Positions 1 to 9,071 of a DNA stretch of 48,655 bases are shown piece by piece. The position numbers were made by a program, and so were the translations under genes. Within the stretch, counting starts at the first letter, position 1; every line of letters begins with the position of its first letter. Under the pieces are notes generated by a model, which did no database searches, was not told where the DNA came from, and saw nothing but the letters and a program-made list of their open reading frames with translations. Origin of the DNA: Alphaproteobacteria bacterium (lineage in GTDB: Bacteria > Pseudomonadota > Alphaproteobacteria > Rs-D84); the NCBI GenBank assembly GCA_017617915.1, contig JAFZVH010000013.1, positions 1 through 48,655 on the forward strand. The letters are read 5' to 3'.

Positions 1-1356
1 GATCTGCCACGCGATGGGTTCAAAATTCGCAGCGTTGCCGGCGCATATTGGAAAGGTGACGCGAAAAACAAAATGCTGCAACGCATCTATGTTGACGCGT
101 TCGCAAGCAAGGAAGAATTGGACGCTTTCTTGAAAATGCAAGAAGAGGCCGCGGCGCGTGATAACCGCAAACTGGGCAAAGAAATGGATTTGTTCCATTT
201 CGAACCTGAATATGCGCCAGGTGCGGTGTTCTGGCATGACAAAGGTTTCAAAATTTATCGTCGCCTTATTGACTATATTCGTGCACGTCAGGAACGCGCG
301 GGATACCAAGAAATTTCTACACCGTCGGTGATGGACAGGGTGCTGTGGGAACGTTCGGGACACTGGGCGAAGTATGGCGCGCATAACTATTCTGGAACAA
401 CCCAAGATGGCAAAGTTTTCTGTGTAAAGCCTATGTCTTGTCCGGGCGGTATGTTGGTATTTGGTCAGGGTATTAAATCTTATAAAGATTTGCCGTTGTA
501 TTTGGCTGAATTTGGCAAGGTCAATCGCTATGAAGCGGCGGGCGCTTTGGCCGGTTTGATGCGCGTTCGTGAATTTACCCAAGATGATGCGCATATTTTC
601 TGCACCGAAGAACAATTGGAAACGGAAGTTGTTAAAATCTTGAAGTTCATCAAAGACATTTATAATAAATTTGGCTTTGAAAAAATTACTATGAAATTGG
701 CAACCAGACCGTTGTCCGAATTCCGTATTGGGTCTGATGAAGTTTGGGACAAGGCCGAAGGCGCACTTAAAAACGCGTTGGATACCAATGGTATTGAATA
801 CGAAATCGCCGAAAATGATGCAGCGTTCTATGGTCCAAAGATTGATAACTATCTGAAAGATTCTATGGGGCGCACTTGGCAATGTGGCACTGTGCAGTTG
901 GATATGAATCTGCCAGAACGGTTTGATTTGTCCTATATCGGTGAAGATGGTGAACGTCATCGTCCAATTATGTTGCATCGCGCGATGCTGGGGTCTATTG
1001 AACGGTTTATGGGTATATTGCTGGAATCAACGGGTGGTAATTTACCGCTGTGGTTATCGCCAGAACCAGTCGTCGTTGTACCGGTTTCTGAAAAGTTCAA
1101 AGGTTATGCAGAGCAGGTTGTGTCCGATTTGCGTGCGGCGGGTGTTTATGCGCGCGCCGACTTGCGCGATGAAAAGGTCAATTACAAGGTTCGCGATTTG
1201 TCTTTGGCGAAAACACCGATTATTGCGGTTGTTGGCGAAAAAGAAGAAAACGACAAGACCATTACTTTGCGTAAATTGGGTGTGGAAAAACAGGAAGTTG
1301 TTTCTTTGTCCGATTTTGTGAAGCAAATGCAAGATGCAGTAAAATTGCCGTTATAG
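1..1356 (+). CDS. thrS: threonyl-tRNA synthetase, C-terminal part (5' end outside window)
   Basis: Frame 1 is open from base 1 (DLPRDGFKIRSVAGAYWKGDAKNKMLQRIY...). Class II catalytic core strings (MRVREFTQDDAHIFC, HRPIMLHRAMLGSIERF) are followed by an anticodon-binding domain. TAG stop at 1354-1356. Confidence 0.95.
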   Translation, partial: DLPRDGFKIRSVAGAYWKGDAKNKMLQRIYVDAFASKEELDAFLKMQEEAAARDNRKLGKEMDLFHFEPEYAPGAVFWHDKGFKIYRRLIDYIRARQERAGYQEISTPSVMDRVLWERSGHWAKYGAHNYSGTTQDGKVFCVKPMSCPGGMLVFGQGIKSYKDLPLYLAEFGKVNRYEAAGALAGLMRVREFTQDDAHIFCTEEQLETEVVKILKFIKDIYNKFGFEKITMKLATRPLSEFRIGSDEVWDKAEGALKNALDTNGIEYEIAENDAAFYGPKIDNYLKDSMGRTWQCGTVQLDMNLPERFDLSYIGEDGERHRPIMLHRAMLGSIERFMGILLESTGGNLPLWLSPEPVVVVPVSEKFKGYAEQVVSDLRAAGVYARADLRDEKVNYKVRDLSLAKTPIIAVVGEKEENDKTITLRKLGVEKQEVVSLSDFVKQMQDAVKLPL

Positions 1357-1365
1357 TGGTTAGTG

Positions 1366-1393
1366 GTGTCTGGCGATGCAAATCGCCAGACAC
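1366..1393 (+). other. perfect 11-bp stem-loop downstream of thrS (no U-tract)
   Basis: gtgtctggcga-tgcaaa-tcgccagacac. No T-run follows, so it is either an atypical terminator or an RNA stability element. Confidence 0.4.
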
Positions 1394-1413
1394 AAGAACA
1401 ATAAGGAAAGGCG

Positions 1414-1557
1414 ATGAAAAAAATAATTCTAGTTGTTGCAATGTTGGCGCCGGTTGTGTTGGCGGCGTGTTCGCACACTTGTGAAACTGAACCTATTGTG
1501 CAGGAAAATCATAAACTGATTGTGCCGCCAGATTTTGGCGTACGCCCAACAAAATAA
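1414..1557 (+). CDS. small lipoprotein (47 aa), hypothetical
   Basis: ATG 1414 follows AAGGAAAGG. MKKIILVVAMLAPVVLAAC has a signal peptide and LAAC lipobox. It is below the ORF-track size cutoff. The tail LIVPPDFGVRP resembles short DUF3035-type lipoproteins (weak, from memory). Confidence 0.45.
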   Translation: MKKIILVVAMLAPVVLAACSHTCETEPIVQENHKLIVPPDFGVRPTK

Positions 1558-1559
1558 TT

Positions 1560-1587
1560 TTGTTTAATCATTTTTTTATGATATAAT
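1560..1587 (+). promoter_or_regulatory. sigma70-like promoter with extended -10 (TTGTTT-N16-TATAAT, TGATATAAT)
   Basis: TTGTTT at 1560-1565 and TGATATAAT at 1579-1587. AGGAG at 1604-1608 precedes ATG 1618. Confidence 0.5.
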
Positions 1588-1617
1588 ACTTCTATATTTA
1601 AGTAGGAGTTTAATATC

Positions 1618-2421
1618 ATGAACGATGAAAATTTAGATTTACTTGATTTAGATGATGCCGATACGGTGGCGGATGATAACTTGCCCGAGGCTACACCTTT
1701 CGTTGCGCCGCGCCCGCACAGACCATGGTTGTTGTTGGGGGTTGGGGTTGCGATTATCGTTTTGGCGGTCTTTATTATTGTCCGCGTAGTGGGCAGCAAT
1801 TCTTCATCGTCCATCGATGTAGATTTGGGTGCGCCAGTGGTTGTTGAAGAACGCGTTGTTGATATTGCACCGGTTCCGGCACCAAAACCAGAACCTGCGC
1901 CAATGCCTGCGCCTGTACAGGTTCAGCAACCTGTGGTTCAACCGGCACCTGCGCCAGTGGCTGTACCAGCACCTATGCCGAAACCAGAACCTGTGCGCGT
2001 GGTACCGGCACCGGTTCCAGGGCAAAATGTTCGCGTGATTGAGGATCGCAAACCGGTTGAATTTAATCCAGCACGTGAGACAGCGGCGCCAAAGCCGATT
2101 AAGGTTCCGGCCAAAAAACAAGCAAAAGCCCCAGAAAAACCAAAGGCGGCACCAAAGCCTGCGCCAAAGGTTGCAAACGGGGGTTGGTATGTTCAATTTG
2201 GTTCATATTCAACACGTGATGCCGCAAATGCCGCAGAAAAGAAGATTCGCGCCGGACACGCAAATCTGTTTGATGGAAAACAATTTGTGGTTTTGGCGGC
2301 GGTCTTGCCAAATGGTCAGACAACATACAGATTGCGTATAGCTTTTGCAAATTCAAATGATGCAAATGGATTCTGCCGTAATGCGAAATCTGATGGTCTG
2401 GATTGCTATGTAGCAAAATAA
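1618..2421 (+). CDS. SPOR domain-containing membrane protein with proline-rich linker
   Basis: N-terminal TM segment (WLLLGVGVAIIVLAVFIIV), PAPxP-rich linker and C-terminal SPOR-like domain (GWYVQFGSYSTRDAANAAEKKI...YRLRIAFANSNDANGFC). Confidence 0.8.
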   Translation: MNDENLDLLDLDDADTVADDNLPEATPFVAPRPHRPWLLLGVGVAIIVLAVFIIVRVVGSNSSSSIDVDLGAPVVVEERVVDIAPVPAPKPEPAPMPAPVQVQQPVVQPAPAPVAVPAPMPKPEPVRVVPAPVPGQNVRVIEDRKPVEFNPARETAAPKPIKVPAKKQAKAPEKPKAAPKPAPKVANGGWYVQFGSYSTRDAANAAEKKIRAGHANLFDGKQFVVLAAVLPNGQTTYRLRIAFANSNDANGFCRNAKSDGLDCYVAK

Positions 2422-2433
2422 TAGGAGATTAAA

Positions 2434-2640
2434 ATGTTTGGAAGACTTGGATGGATGGAAATACTGGTTATTGTTGTGTTGTTGCTGATTCTGTTCGGGC
2501 ACAGCAAGATACCGACGATGATGAAGAATTTGGCCAATGGTATAAATGTATTTAAAAAAGAAATGAAAACTGGCGACAAGAATGCACCGAAGAAAAAGCC
2601 GGTGGCGAAAAAGTCTAAACCAGTTGCAAAAAAGAAATAA
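2434..2640 (+). CDS. tatA: twin-arginine translocase subunit TatA/E
   Basis: MFGRLGWMEILVIVVLLLILFGHSKIP, then an amphipathic helix and a Lys-rich tail; 68 aa. Confidence 0.85.
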   Translation: MFGRLGWMEILVIVVLLLILFGHSKIPTMMKNLANGINVFKKEMKTGDKNAPKKKPVAKKSKPVAKKK

Positions 2641-2644
2641 CAAA

Positions 2645-2672
2645 ACAGGTGGCAAATGCCACCTGTTTTTTT
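2645..2672. terminator. bidirectional rho-independent terminator (tatA / dksA)
   Basis: acaggtggc-aaat-gccacctgt, followed by TTTTTT on the + strand and preceded by an A-run (a T-run on the - strand). Confidence 0.8.
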
Positions 2673-2686
2673 GTCGCGATATTTTT

Positions 2687-3115
2687 TTATTCGCGTTTTT
2701 CGTGTTCTTCTTGTTCTTCGATTGTCATGGTTGCCAATGGCCGCGCCAACATACGCGAAAGGCCAATTTCATCGCCAGATAAAACACTGTAACCAAATGT
2801 GCCGTTTTCTATTCTTGCCAGTGCGCTGTTGATTTTTATCAACAAATTGTTACTGCGTTCCGCGATACGCATAGTCATAGTTGTTTCCTGTTCTGCGGTT
2901 GCGTTATCTGAATCATCGCCGGTAATAGAAGATTGGTCTATTGTTGTTGCAGTCACAGAATTTAAAGCGTCAGCATTCTGTTGCAAAATATCTTCTTTTT
3001 GTGCGGTCAACAGTTGATAAAAATACGCCAAATGTTCTGGACACATATATGGTTCAGATTTTTTTGGTACGTATTTCGGTGCAAGTTCTATTGTTTTATA
3101 ATCTTTTTTTGCCAT
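2687..3115 (-). CDS. dksA: DksA/TraR-family transcription factor lacking the Cys4 zinc finger
   Basis: MAKKDYKTIELAPKYVPK..., a coiled-coil region with an acidic tip (GDDSDNATAEQE) and a C-terminal GTFGYSVLSGDEIGLSRMLARPLATMTIEEQ. ATG 3115 is chosen because AAAGGAG lies 7 nt upstream, inside the trxA 3' end. Confidence 0.8.
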   Translation of the reverse strand: MAKKDYKTIELAPKYVPKKSEPYMCPEHLAYFYQLLTAQKEDILQQNADALNSVTATTIDQSSITGDDSDNATAEQETTMTMRIAERSNNLLIKINSALARIENGTFGYSVLSGDEIGLSRMLARPLATMTIEEQEEHEKRE

Positions 3116-3117
3116 AT

Positions 3118-3438
3118 TTAGGCTCCTTTTAATTCCATAATCCATGCGGACAAAGTTTCTTGGTCCATTAAACCACTGCGTGCTTCAACCAATTCGCCGT
3201 TTTTAAACGCCAAAACACTTGGAATGCCGCGAATACCAAACTTTGCAGGTGTGCGTTCGTTGCCTGGGCCAACTTCGAATTTAACAAAGTTAACATCGGG
3301 CATAGTTTCCGAAGTTGCTTCAAAAATTGGACCGAACATACGGCATGGTCCACACCAAGGTGCCCAAAAGTCAACCAAGGTTAATGCGCCACCAATCATT
3401 TCACTGAAATTCTCATCTGTTGCATGATTTATTGCCAT
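3118..3438 (-). CDS. trxA: thioredoxin
   Basis: WCGPC active site (DFWAPWCGPCRMF), 106 aa. ATG 3438 is preceded by AAGGAGAAA. Confidence 0.95.
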   Translation of the reverse strand: MAINHATDENFSEMIGGALTLVDFWAPWCGPCRMFGPIFEATSETMPDVNFVKFEVGPGNERTPAKFGIRGIPSVLAFKNGELVEARSGLMDQETLSAWIMELKGA

Positions 3439-3514
3439 AATTTTTCTCCTTTTAATTGTTGATATTGTGCACAAGTGTATTATAATTCACACAAAATGCA
3501 AGAGAAAACATAAA

Positions 3515-4630
3515 ATGAATAAAATCATATATTTAGATGCCGCGGCCAGTGCCTTAAAACCAAAATCAGTTATAAAGACCGAGGGTGATTTTTTGCGTAA
3601 ATCTTATGCAAATGCAGGGCGCGGTGTGTGCGCCCGTGCAGTGGCGGTTGATGATATGGTGTCGCGTGTGCGTGGTCGTGTTGCAGAATTTATAAATGCA
3701 AACCCTGCGCAGATTGTTTTCTCGTCTGGTGCAACGGATGGCCTGAATCGCATTGTAAATATTTTAACCAGTCAACCGTCTTACAGCGAATCGTCCAATT
3801 TTACAGTTTCAGATTTAGATCATCATTCGGCGCGCCTGCCATGGGAGGCACTTTTGCATTATGGAAAAATCCGCAAAATGCAAATATTAAAATTGGATGA
3901 AAATTTCGATATAAAAATTGATTCTGTTCCAAAAACAGATTTCTTGATTATAACCGCAATGTCTAATGTGTTGGGGCGGCCGCAGGATGTTGAACAAATT
4001 ATTTCTGCGGCGCGCAGGAAAAACCCAAATGTTATAACCATTGTTGATGCATCGCAATACGTCGTGCATAAACAAATAGATGTAAAAAAATGGGACTGCG
4101 ATTTTATGGTCTTTTCGGGACATAAAATTGGTGCAGATACGGGTGTTGGCGTTTTGTATATTCGCGATTCGGAAAAATATTTGCCAGATAAATTTGGTGG
4201 CGGAATGGTTATGAAAGTTTCTGGTTCAGAACTGGTATTAAACAGCGCGCCTGAAAAGTGGGAGGCAGGCACATTACCACTGACCCAAATTGCAGGGCTG
4301 GGGGCGGCGATAGATTATTTGGAACAAAAGCGTCCGAACCTTTATCTGATTAAATATGCCTATGATGAACTGTCCAAAATGCCACGCGTAAAAATTCTGA
4401 CCGGTCGCGATGCCGCAATTTTAAGTTTCGTTGTTGATGGTATGCATCCATTGGATGTTGGTGCAATGCTGGGGGCGCACAATATCTGTGTGCGTGTTGG
4501 AAATATGTGTGCCGCTTGGATTCATAATGCGATGGGGATTTCGGGTTCTGTGCGCGTGTCGATTGGCGCATGGAATACGATTCAAGATATCAAAGATTTT
4601 ATAAAGGTAATGAAAAAAATAGTGAAATAA
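3515..4630 (+). CDS. sufS: cysteine desulfurase, SufS/CsdA-like class V aminotransferase
   Basis: IYLDAAASALKP N-terminus, PLP-lysine motif FSGHKIG, and a C-terminal catalytic Cys context VRVGNMCAAW...VRVSIGAWNT. Start taken at MNKIIYLD. Confidence 0.85.
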   Translation: MNKIIYLDAAASALKPKSVIKTEGDFLRKSYANAGRGVCARAVAVDDMVSRVRGRVAEFINANPAQIVFSSGATDGLNRIVNILTSQPSYSESSNFTVSDLDHHSARLPWEALLHYGKIRKMQILKLDENFDIKIDSVPKTDFLIITAMSNVLGRPQDVEQIISAARRKNPNVITIVDASQYVVHKQIDVKKWDCDFMVFSGHKIGADTGVGVLYIRDSEKYLPDKFGGGMVMKVSGSELVLNSAPEKWEAGTLPLTQIAGLGAAIDYLEQKRPNLYLIKYAYDELSKMPRVKILTGRDAAILSFVVDGMHPLDVGAMLGAHNICVRVGNMCAAWIHNAMGISGSVRVSIGAWNTIQDIKDFIKVMKKIVK

Positions 4631-4631
4631 A

Positions 4632-4946
4632 ATGGATGCACTTAGACAGACAATCATAGATGCACTGAAAACAGTTTATGACCCAGAAATTCCGGTCAAT
4701 ATTTGGGATATGGGGCTGGTTTATGACATAGATATTTCAGACACATTGGTTGTTATTAAAATGACTTTTACCAGCCCGACCTGTCCAATGATGGAAGAAA
4801 TTTTAATGCAGGTTAAAGACGCTGTTCAGGCGGTGGCGGGTACGCGCAGCGTTCAGGTTGACTTGGTTTGGGAACCTGCGTGGGATTTGTCGCGTATGTC
4901 TGATGCGGCGCGTCTGGAATTAGATTTGACTAACGAAGGTTGGTAA
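4632..4946 (+). CDS. sufT: DUF59/MIP18-family Fe-S assembly protein (SufT-like)
   Basis: VYDPEIPVNIWDMGLVYDI...TFTSPTCPM motif; located between sufS and sufE. Confidence 0.75.
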   Translation: MDALRQTIIDALKTVYDPEIPVNIWDMGLVYDIDISDTLVVIKMTFTSPTCPMMEEILMQVKDAVQAVAGTRSVQVDLVWEPAWDLSRMSDAARLELDLTNEGW

Positions 4947-4951
4947 TAAAT

Positions 4952-5314
4952 ATGAATTACGAGCAAATAAAAAAGATTTTAGATTCTTTGGATGATCCTG
5001 TGCAAAAACTGGAATATGTTATGGAAGTTGGCAAAAGTTTACCAACGCCGCCCGCAGGCGTACAATGCAGTGAAATTGTAGGTTGCACATCTTTTGTTCA
5101 AATTTGTCGCGATGGAAACAAATTTTATGGAACCGCCGATTCGGAATTGGTGCGCGGAATTTTGACAATAATTTTGTCGATTGTTGACGGTAAGACGTCG
5201 GATGAAATACGCGAACTGGACCTTTTTACTGCTTTTGCGGACCTGAAAATAAACATCGGCGCGGCGCGTTTGAATGGCGTAAATTCTATGATTCGTTTTT
5301 TGAAAAATTTGTGA
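4952..5314 (+). CDS. sufE: SufE-like sulfur acceptor
   Basis: KLEYVMEVGKSLP...VGCTSFVQI (conserved Cys)...GTADSELVRGIL...GAARLNGVNSM. Confidence 0.8.
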   Translation: MNYEQIKKILDSLDDPVQKLEYVMEVGKSLPTPPAGVQCSEIVGCTSFVQICRDGNKFYGTADSELVRGILTIILSIVDGKTSDEIRELDLFTAFADLKINIGAARLNGVNSMIRFLKNL

Positions 5315-5350
5315 TAAAATAAAGCATAAGATTTAATTCGGAATGGTGAA

Positions 5351-5647
5351 ATGAACGAAGATGAACAAATGTTTCGCATCGGGTCGGTTATGCTGGTCGT
5401 GATGATAATAGTGACTGTCGCGTTGCAGGTGTGTTACAGAACTCAAAATACAGAAAGAAAACGTGTGCGTGCAGATATCGTTAAAACCCAGCAAGAAATC
5501 GCGGTGGCTCAGGCGAATTTTGCGTCCCAGGTTCGGCCAGAAAGTTTGCGGAATTTGGTTTCTGGGGTTGTTCCGCGTGCCGAGACGATAAGTTTTCATA
5601 AATCGATTGCTGTTCAAGATTTGCCAACCAGAACGGATGAAAAATAA
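5351..5647 (+). CDS. ftsL: small bitopic membrane protein, probable cell-division protein FtsL
   Basis: One TM segment (IGSVMLVVMIIVTVAL) then a coiled-coil-like stretch. Its stop overlaps the ftsI ATG (TAATG). Confidence 0.5.
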   Translation: MNEDEQMFRIGSVMLVVMIIVTVALQVCYRTQNTERKRVRADIVKTQQEIAVAQANFASQVRPESLRNLVSGVVPRAETISFHKSIAVQDLPTRTDEK

Positions 5648-7272
5648 TGTTTGAAGTAGGTCGTGATATTTTTAAACATGGTTTTAATGGCGCCCCAGGA
5701 AATGCGGTTGGGCACCAACGGTTGCGTTTAGTTTATCTGTTTTTTGTGATGGCGTTCGTTGTTTTTGCTTTGCGAACAATACAATTGGGAATCCAAGGTA
5801 CGAATCGCGCACGCCCACAGGCAGGTGATGCGGTGTGGTTAGTGGACAGGGCGGATATAATCGATAGAAACGGTGATATTTTGGCCAAGAATTTGATGTC
5901 TTGCCATTTGGCGGTTACGCCGGGACGCGTTAAAAAGCCTGATGCGGTTGCGCAAATGATTCATGAATTATTGCCGTATGATTATTCTGTTCAAGATGTG
6001 TTTAAAATCTTGAATGCAGGTAAACGAACATATATTAAAAAGTTTATGTCTGATGACAAGTGTCGAATTGCAGTCGCGGCAAAGCATGAAGGTGTTGAAA
6101 TCGAAAATGCCCAAAAACGTAAGTATCCAAAGCGGCGCTTGTTTTCGCATATTGTTGGCTTTGTCGGTAATGAGGGCCATGGGTTAGATGGTGCGGAAAA
6201 AACATATGATGCCCAGTTGGTTGATAACCCAGATGAACCGTTGCAGTTGTCTTTGGATTCTCGTATTCAATCGGTGTTTTATGAACAGTTGTCTGCGGCA
6301 ATGCAAAAGTACAGTGCCAAGGCGGCGATGGGAATGTTGATGAATTCGCGCACAGGTGAAATGATTGCGATGGTTTCTTTGCCAGATTATGACCCAGAAA
6401 ATATTAGCTTGGATGCCGCCGCAAACAGGTTATTTAAACCTATGCGCGCAACTTTTGAAATGGGGTCTATATTCAAAATTTTTAATACGGCGATGGCAAT
6501 GGAAAACGGAATTACCAAAGAATATTATGTAAAAGAGCCGTTCAAAATTTACGACAAATTTGGTCGGGTATCTAATAAAATTAGTGATATAAGAAGTTTT
6601 AAACCGCCAAGACCAAATTTGACGGTCGAAGAAATAATGTTGCATTCTTGCAATGTGGGCAGTGCGCAAATTGCGCTGGATTTGCCAGATGGTACCCAGC
6701 CAGAATTTATGCACAGGTTACATTTGGACGAACCGTTAGATTTAGAATTTGGACGGACAGAAAGGGCACTGACCCCCAAAAAATGGGGACCAGTTGAACG
6801 CGCTACGGTTTCGTTTGGACATGGTATTTCTGTGACGCCCATGCATTTGTTATTAGCGGTGAATTCTATGATAAATGGTGGTGTTTATATTTATCCGACA
6901 ATATTAAAAAAGAATTTTGGACCTTTGCGTGGTCGGCGCGTGTTGTCGGATGAGATTTCAGGGCGCCTGCGTGCGATAATGTTTCGTATTGCCGAAGAAA
7001 CGACCGCCAAGCAAGCACGTGTTGCGGGTATTAAAATTGGTGGAAAAACGGCGACCGCCGAAAAGCGTGTCAATGGTAAAATAGATAAATTCAAAAATTT
7101 GACCGCGTTTGCAGGAATATTTCCAGTTGATGCACCACAATATACAATACTGGTAATTCTAGATGAACCCAAGGGCACAGAAGATACTTTTGGTCTTAGG
7201 ACTGCGGCATGGAATGCGGTGCCAACGACAGGAAAAATTTTAGACAGCATCCTGCCATTGCTATTTGAATAA
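5647..7272 (+). CDS. ftsI: peptidoglycan D,D-transpeptidase FtsI (class B PBP3)
   Basis: N-terminal TM segment, SxxK (GSIFK), SxN (HSCNVG) and a KTG-like box (GGKTATAE). Confidence 0.9.
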   Translation: MFEVGRDIFKHGFNGAPGNAVGHQRLRLVYLFFVMAFVVFALRTIQLGIQGTNRARPQAGDAVWLVDRADIIDRNGDILAKNLMSCHLAVTPGRVKKPDAVAQMIHELLPYDYSVQDVFKILNAGKRTYIKKFMSDDKCRIAVAAKHEGVEIENAQKRKYPKRRLFSHIVGFVGNEGHGLDGAEKTYDAQLVDNPDEPLQLSLDSRIQSVFYEQLSAAMQKYSAKAAMGMLMNSRTGEMIAMVSLPDYDPENISLDAAANRLFKPMRATFEMGSIFKIFNTAMAMENGITKEYYVKEPFKIYDKFGRVSNKISDIRSFKPPRPNLTVEEIMLHSCNVGSAQIALDLPDGTQPEFMHRLHLDEPLDLEFGRTERALTPKKWGPVERATVSFGHGISVTPMHLLLAVNSMINGGVYIYPTILKKNFGPLRGRRVLSDEISGRLRAIMFRIAEETTAKQARVAGIKIGGKTATAEKRVNGKIDKFKNLTAFAGIFPVDAPQYTILVILDEPKGTEDTFGLRTAAWNAVPTTGKILDSILPLLFE

Positions 7273-7316
7273 ATTTAGATTATAATACCCTTGATAATAA
7301 AACAAGAGTATTAAAG

Positions 7317-9071
7317 TTGAGAAAGATAGTAGAAAAATCCATTCGCGGGCGCGCATGGGTTGTGGCAGATGAAAGTGATTCTTGGTTTGTCGCAGAAGAT
7401 GATTTATTGCAACGTATTTTGGCGGCGCGAGGCGTTGCCGAAAGCGATGTGCAAAAGTTTTTGAATCCTGTGGTCAAGGATTATATGCCTGACCCTTTTG
7501 TTTTGCGTGATTGTGAAACCGCCGTTGATATTATTGCAGATTCAATAATTAAAAATGAAAAAATTGCTGTATATGGCGATTATGATGTCGATGGTATAAC
7601 TGCAACAGCAATAGTTGTAAAATATTTGCGTGCAATTGGCGCAGATGTTGTTTGGCATTTGCCGACACGCGAAGGTGAAGGTTATGGGTTGAACCAAAAT
7701 GCGGTTCATCAACTGGCCCAGGATGGCGTAAAACTGATAATTACTGTTGATTGCGGAATAAGTGGTATGACCGAAGTGGATTTAGCCAAGTCATTGGGGA
7801 TGCATGTGGTTGTGACAGACCATCACTCGCCAGAAGACACTTTGCCGAATGCAGATGCGGTTGTAAATCCAAAGCGTGAAGATGATACTTCTGGCCTTTC
7901 ATATCTGGCGGGTGTGGGTGTTGCTTTTTTGGTTTTGGTCGCATTGAATAGAAAGTTAAAATCGTTTGGCGATGATGCGCTAAAAGAAAAACTGGAATCT
8001 GTGAACCTGTTGAATTTCTTGGATTGCGTGGCATTGGGGACTATATGCGATACTATGCCTTTGATAGAATTAAACAGGGCGTTTGTTGCGACAGGTTTAA
8101 AGGTTTTAAATTTGCAACAAAATTTAGGTTTAAAAACTTTGATGCGGGTCGCCAAGGTTGACAGGGTTTCTGTCTATGCAGCAGGCTTTGTTTTGGGACC
8201 GCGTTTGAATGCCGCGGGCAGGTTGGATTCTGCAAATCCTGCGTTGAATTTATTGCTGACTGATAATCCGTTGATTGCGCATGAACTGGCGACAAAATTG
8301 GATGAAATGAATCATGAACGTATAGAGATTCAAAATGTCATTATGTCCCAAGCAACCGAAATCGCAGACAAATGTTGTGCTTCTGGGCGATGCAGTTTGT
8401 TCGTTTGTGGTGATAATTGGCATGGCGGTGTTATGGGAATTATCGCGGGGCGTCTGAAAGATAAATATAATTTGCCAACATGCGTTGCAACACGCGCAGA
8501 TGGTGTGGTCAATGGTTCAGGAAGGTCGATAGTTGGTGTGAATTTAGGCGCAATTATACACGATGCGTTGGGGCAGGGAATTATTTCCGAAGGTGGTGGA
8601 CATGCGGCGGCGGCGGGTTTTTCTTTGCCAGCGGAAAACGAAGAAAAATTCTGTGACTTTTTGGAACAAGCGGTATTACACCAGATGGGTGGTGCTGTGC
8701 CGATTCCAGATATTGTCGTTGATGCAGAAATGGATGCCGCAGGCGCAACAATGAAACTAATAAATCAACTGTCTAAACTTGAACCATTCGGTCAAGGAAA
8801 TCCAGAACCGATATTGGCGTTGCGTGGTGGCACATTGGTATTTGCAACAGTTATGGGACATACTGGTTGTCATTTACGGGGTCAGATAAACACATCGGCG
8901 GGAACACGTCTGGATTTTGTTGGGTTCAATTTGGTTGGAACGCCGGTTGGGGATTTTTTACTGGACGAAGCCAACATAAATACTAGAATAATACTGTTAG
9001 GGCGCTTGGTTCAGAATAATTATAATGGTCGAACAAGTGCGCAACTGGTATTGGAAGATATTGCAATATGA
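7317..9071 (+). CDS. recJ: single-stranded-DNA-specific exonuclease RecJ
   Basis: DHH motifs (VYGDYDVDGITA, VTDHH), DHHA1 (GGGHAAAAGF) and a C-terminal OB-like region. The start is a TTG at 7317 and is uncertain. Confidence 0.9.
   Translation: MRKIVEKSIRGRAWVVADESDSWFVAEDDLLQRILAARGVAESDVQKFLNPVVKDYMPDPFVLRDCETAVDIIADSIIKNEKIAVYGDYDVDGITATAIVVKYLRAIGADVVWHLPTREGEGYGLNQNAVHQLAQDGVKLIITVDCGISGMTEVDLAKSLGMHVVVTDHHSPEDTLPNADAVVNPKREDDTSGLSYLAGVGVAFLVLVALNRKLKSFGDDALKEKLESVNLLNFLDCVALGTICDTMPLIELNRAFVATGLKVLNLQQNLGLKTLMRVAKVDRVSVYAAGFVLGPRLNAAGRLDSANPALNLLLTDNPLIAHELATKLDEMNHERIEIQNVIMSQATEIADKCCASGRCSLFVCGDNWHGGVMGIIAGRLKDKYNLPTCVATRADGVVNGSGRSIVGVNLGAIIHDALGQGIISEGGGHAAAAGFSLPAENEEKFCDFLEQAVLHQMGGAVPIPDIVVDAEMDAAGATMKLINQLSKLEPFGQGNPEPILALRGGTLVFATVMGHTGCHLRGQINTSAGTRLDFVGFNLVGTPVGDFLLDEANINTRIILLGRLVQNNYNGRTSAQLVLEDIAI

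Noticed and set aside
1775-2416. Several ORFs in alternative frames and strands inside the SPOR gene
   Set aside because: They arise from the repetitive proline-codon-rich linker. Their compositions are Arg/Trp/Cys-rich, and the SPOR frame has an SD, a TM segment and a recognisable domain.
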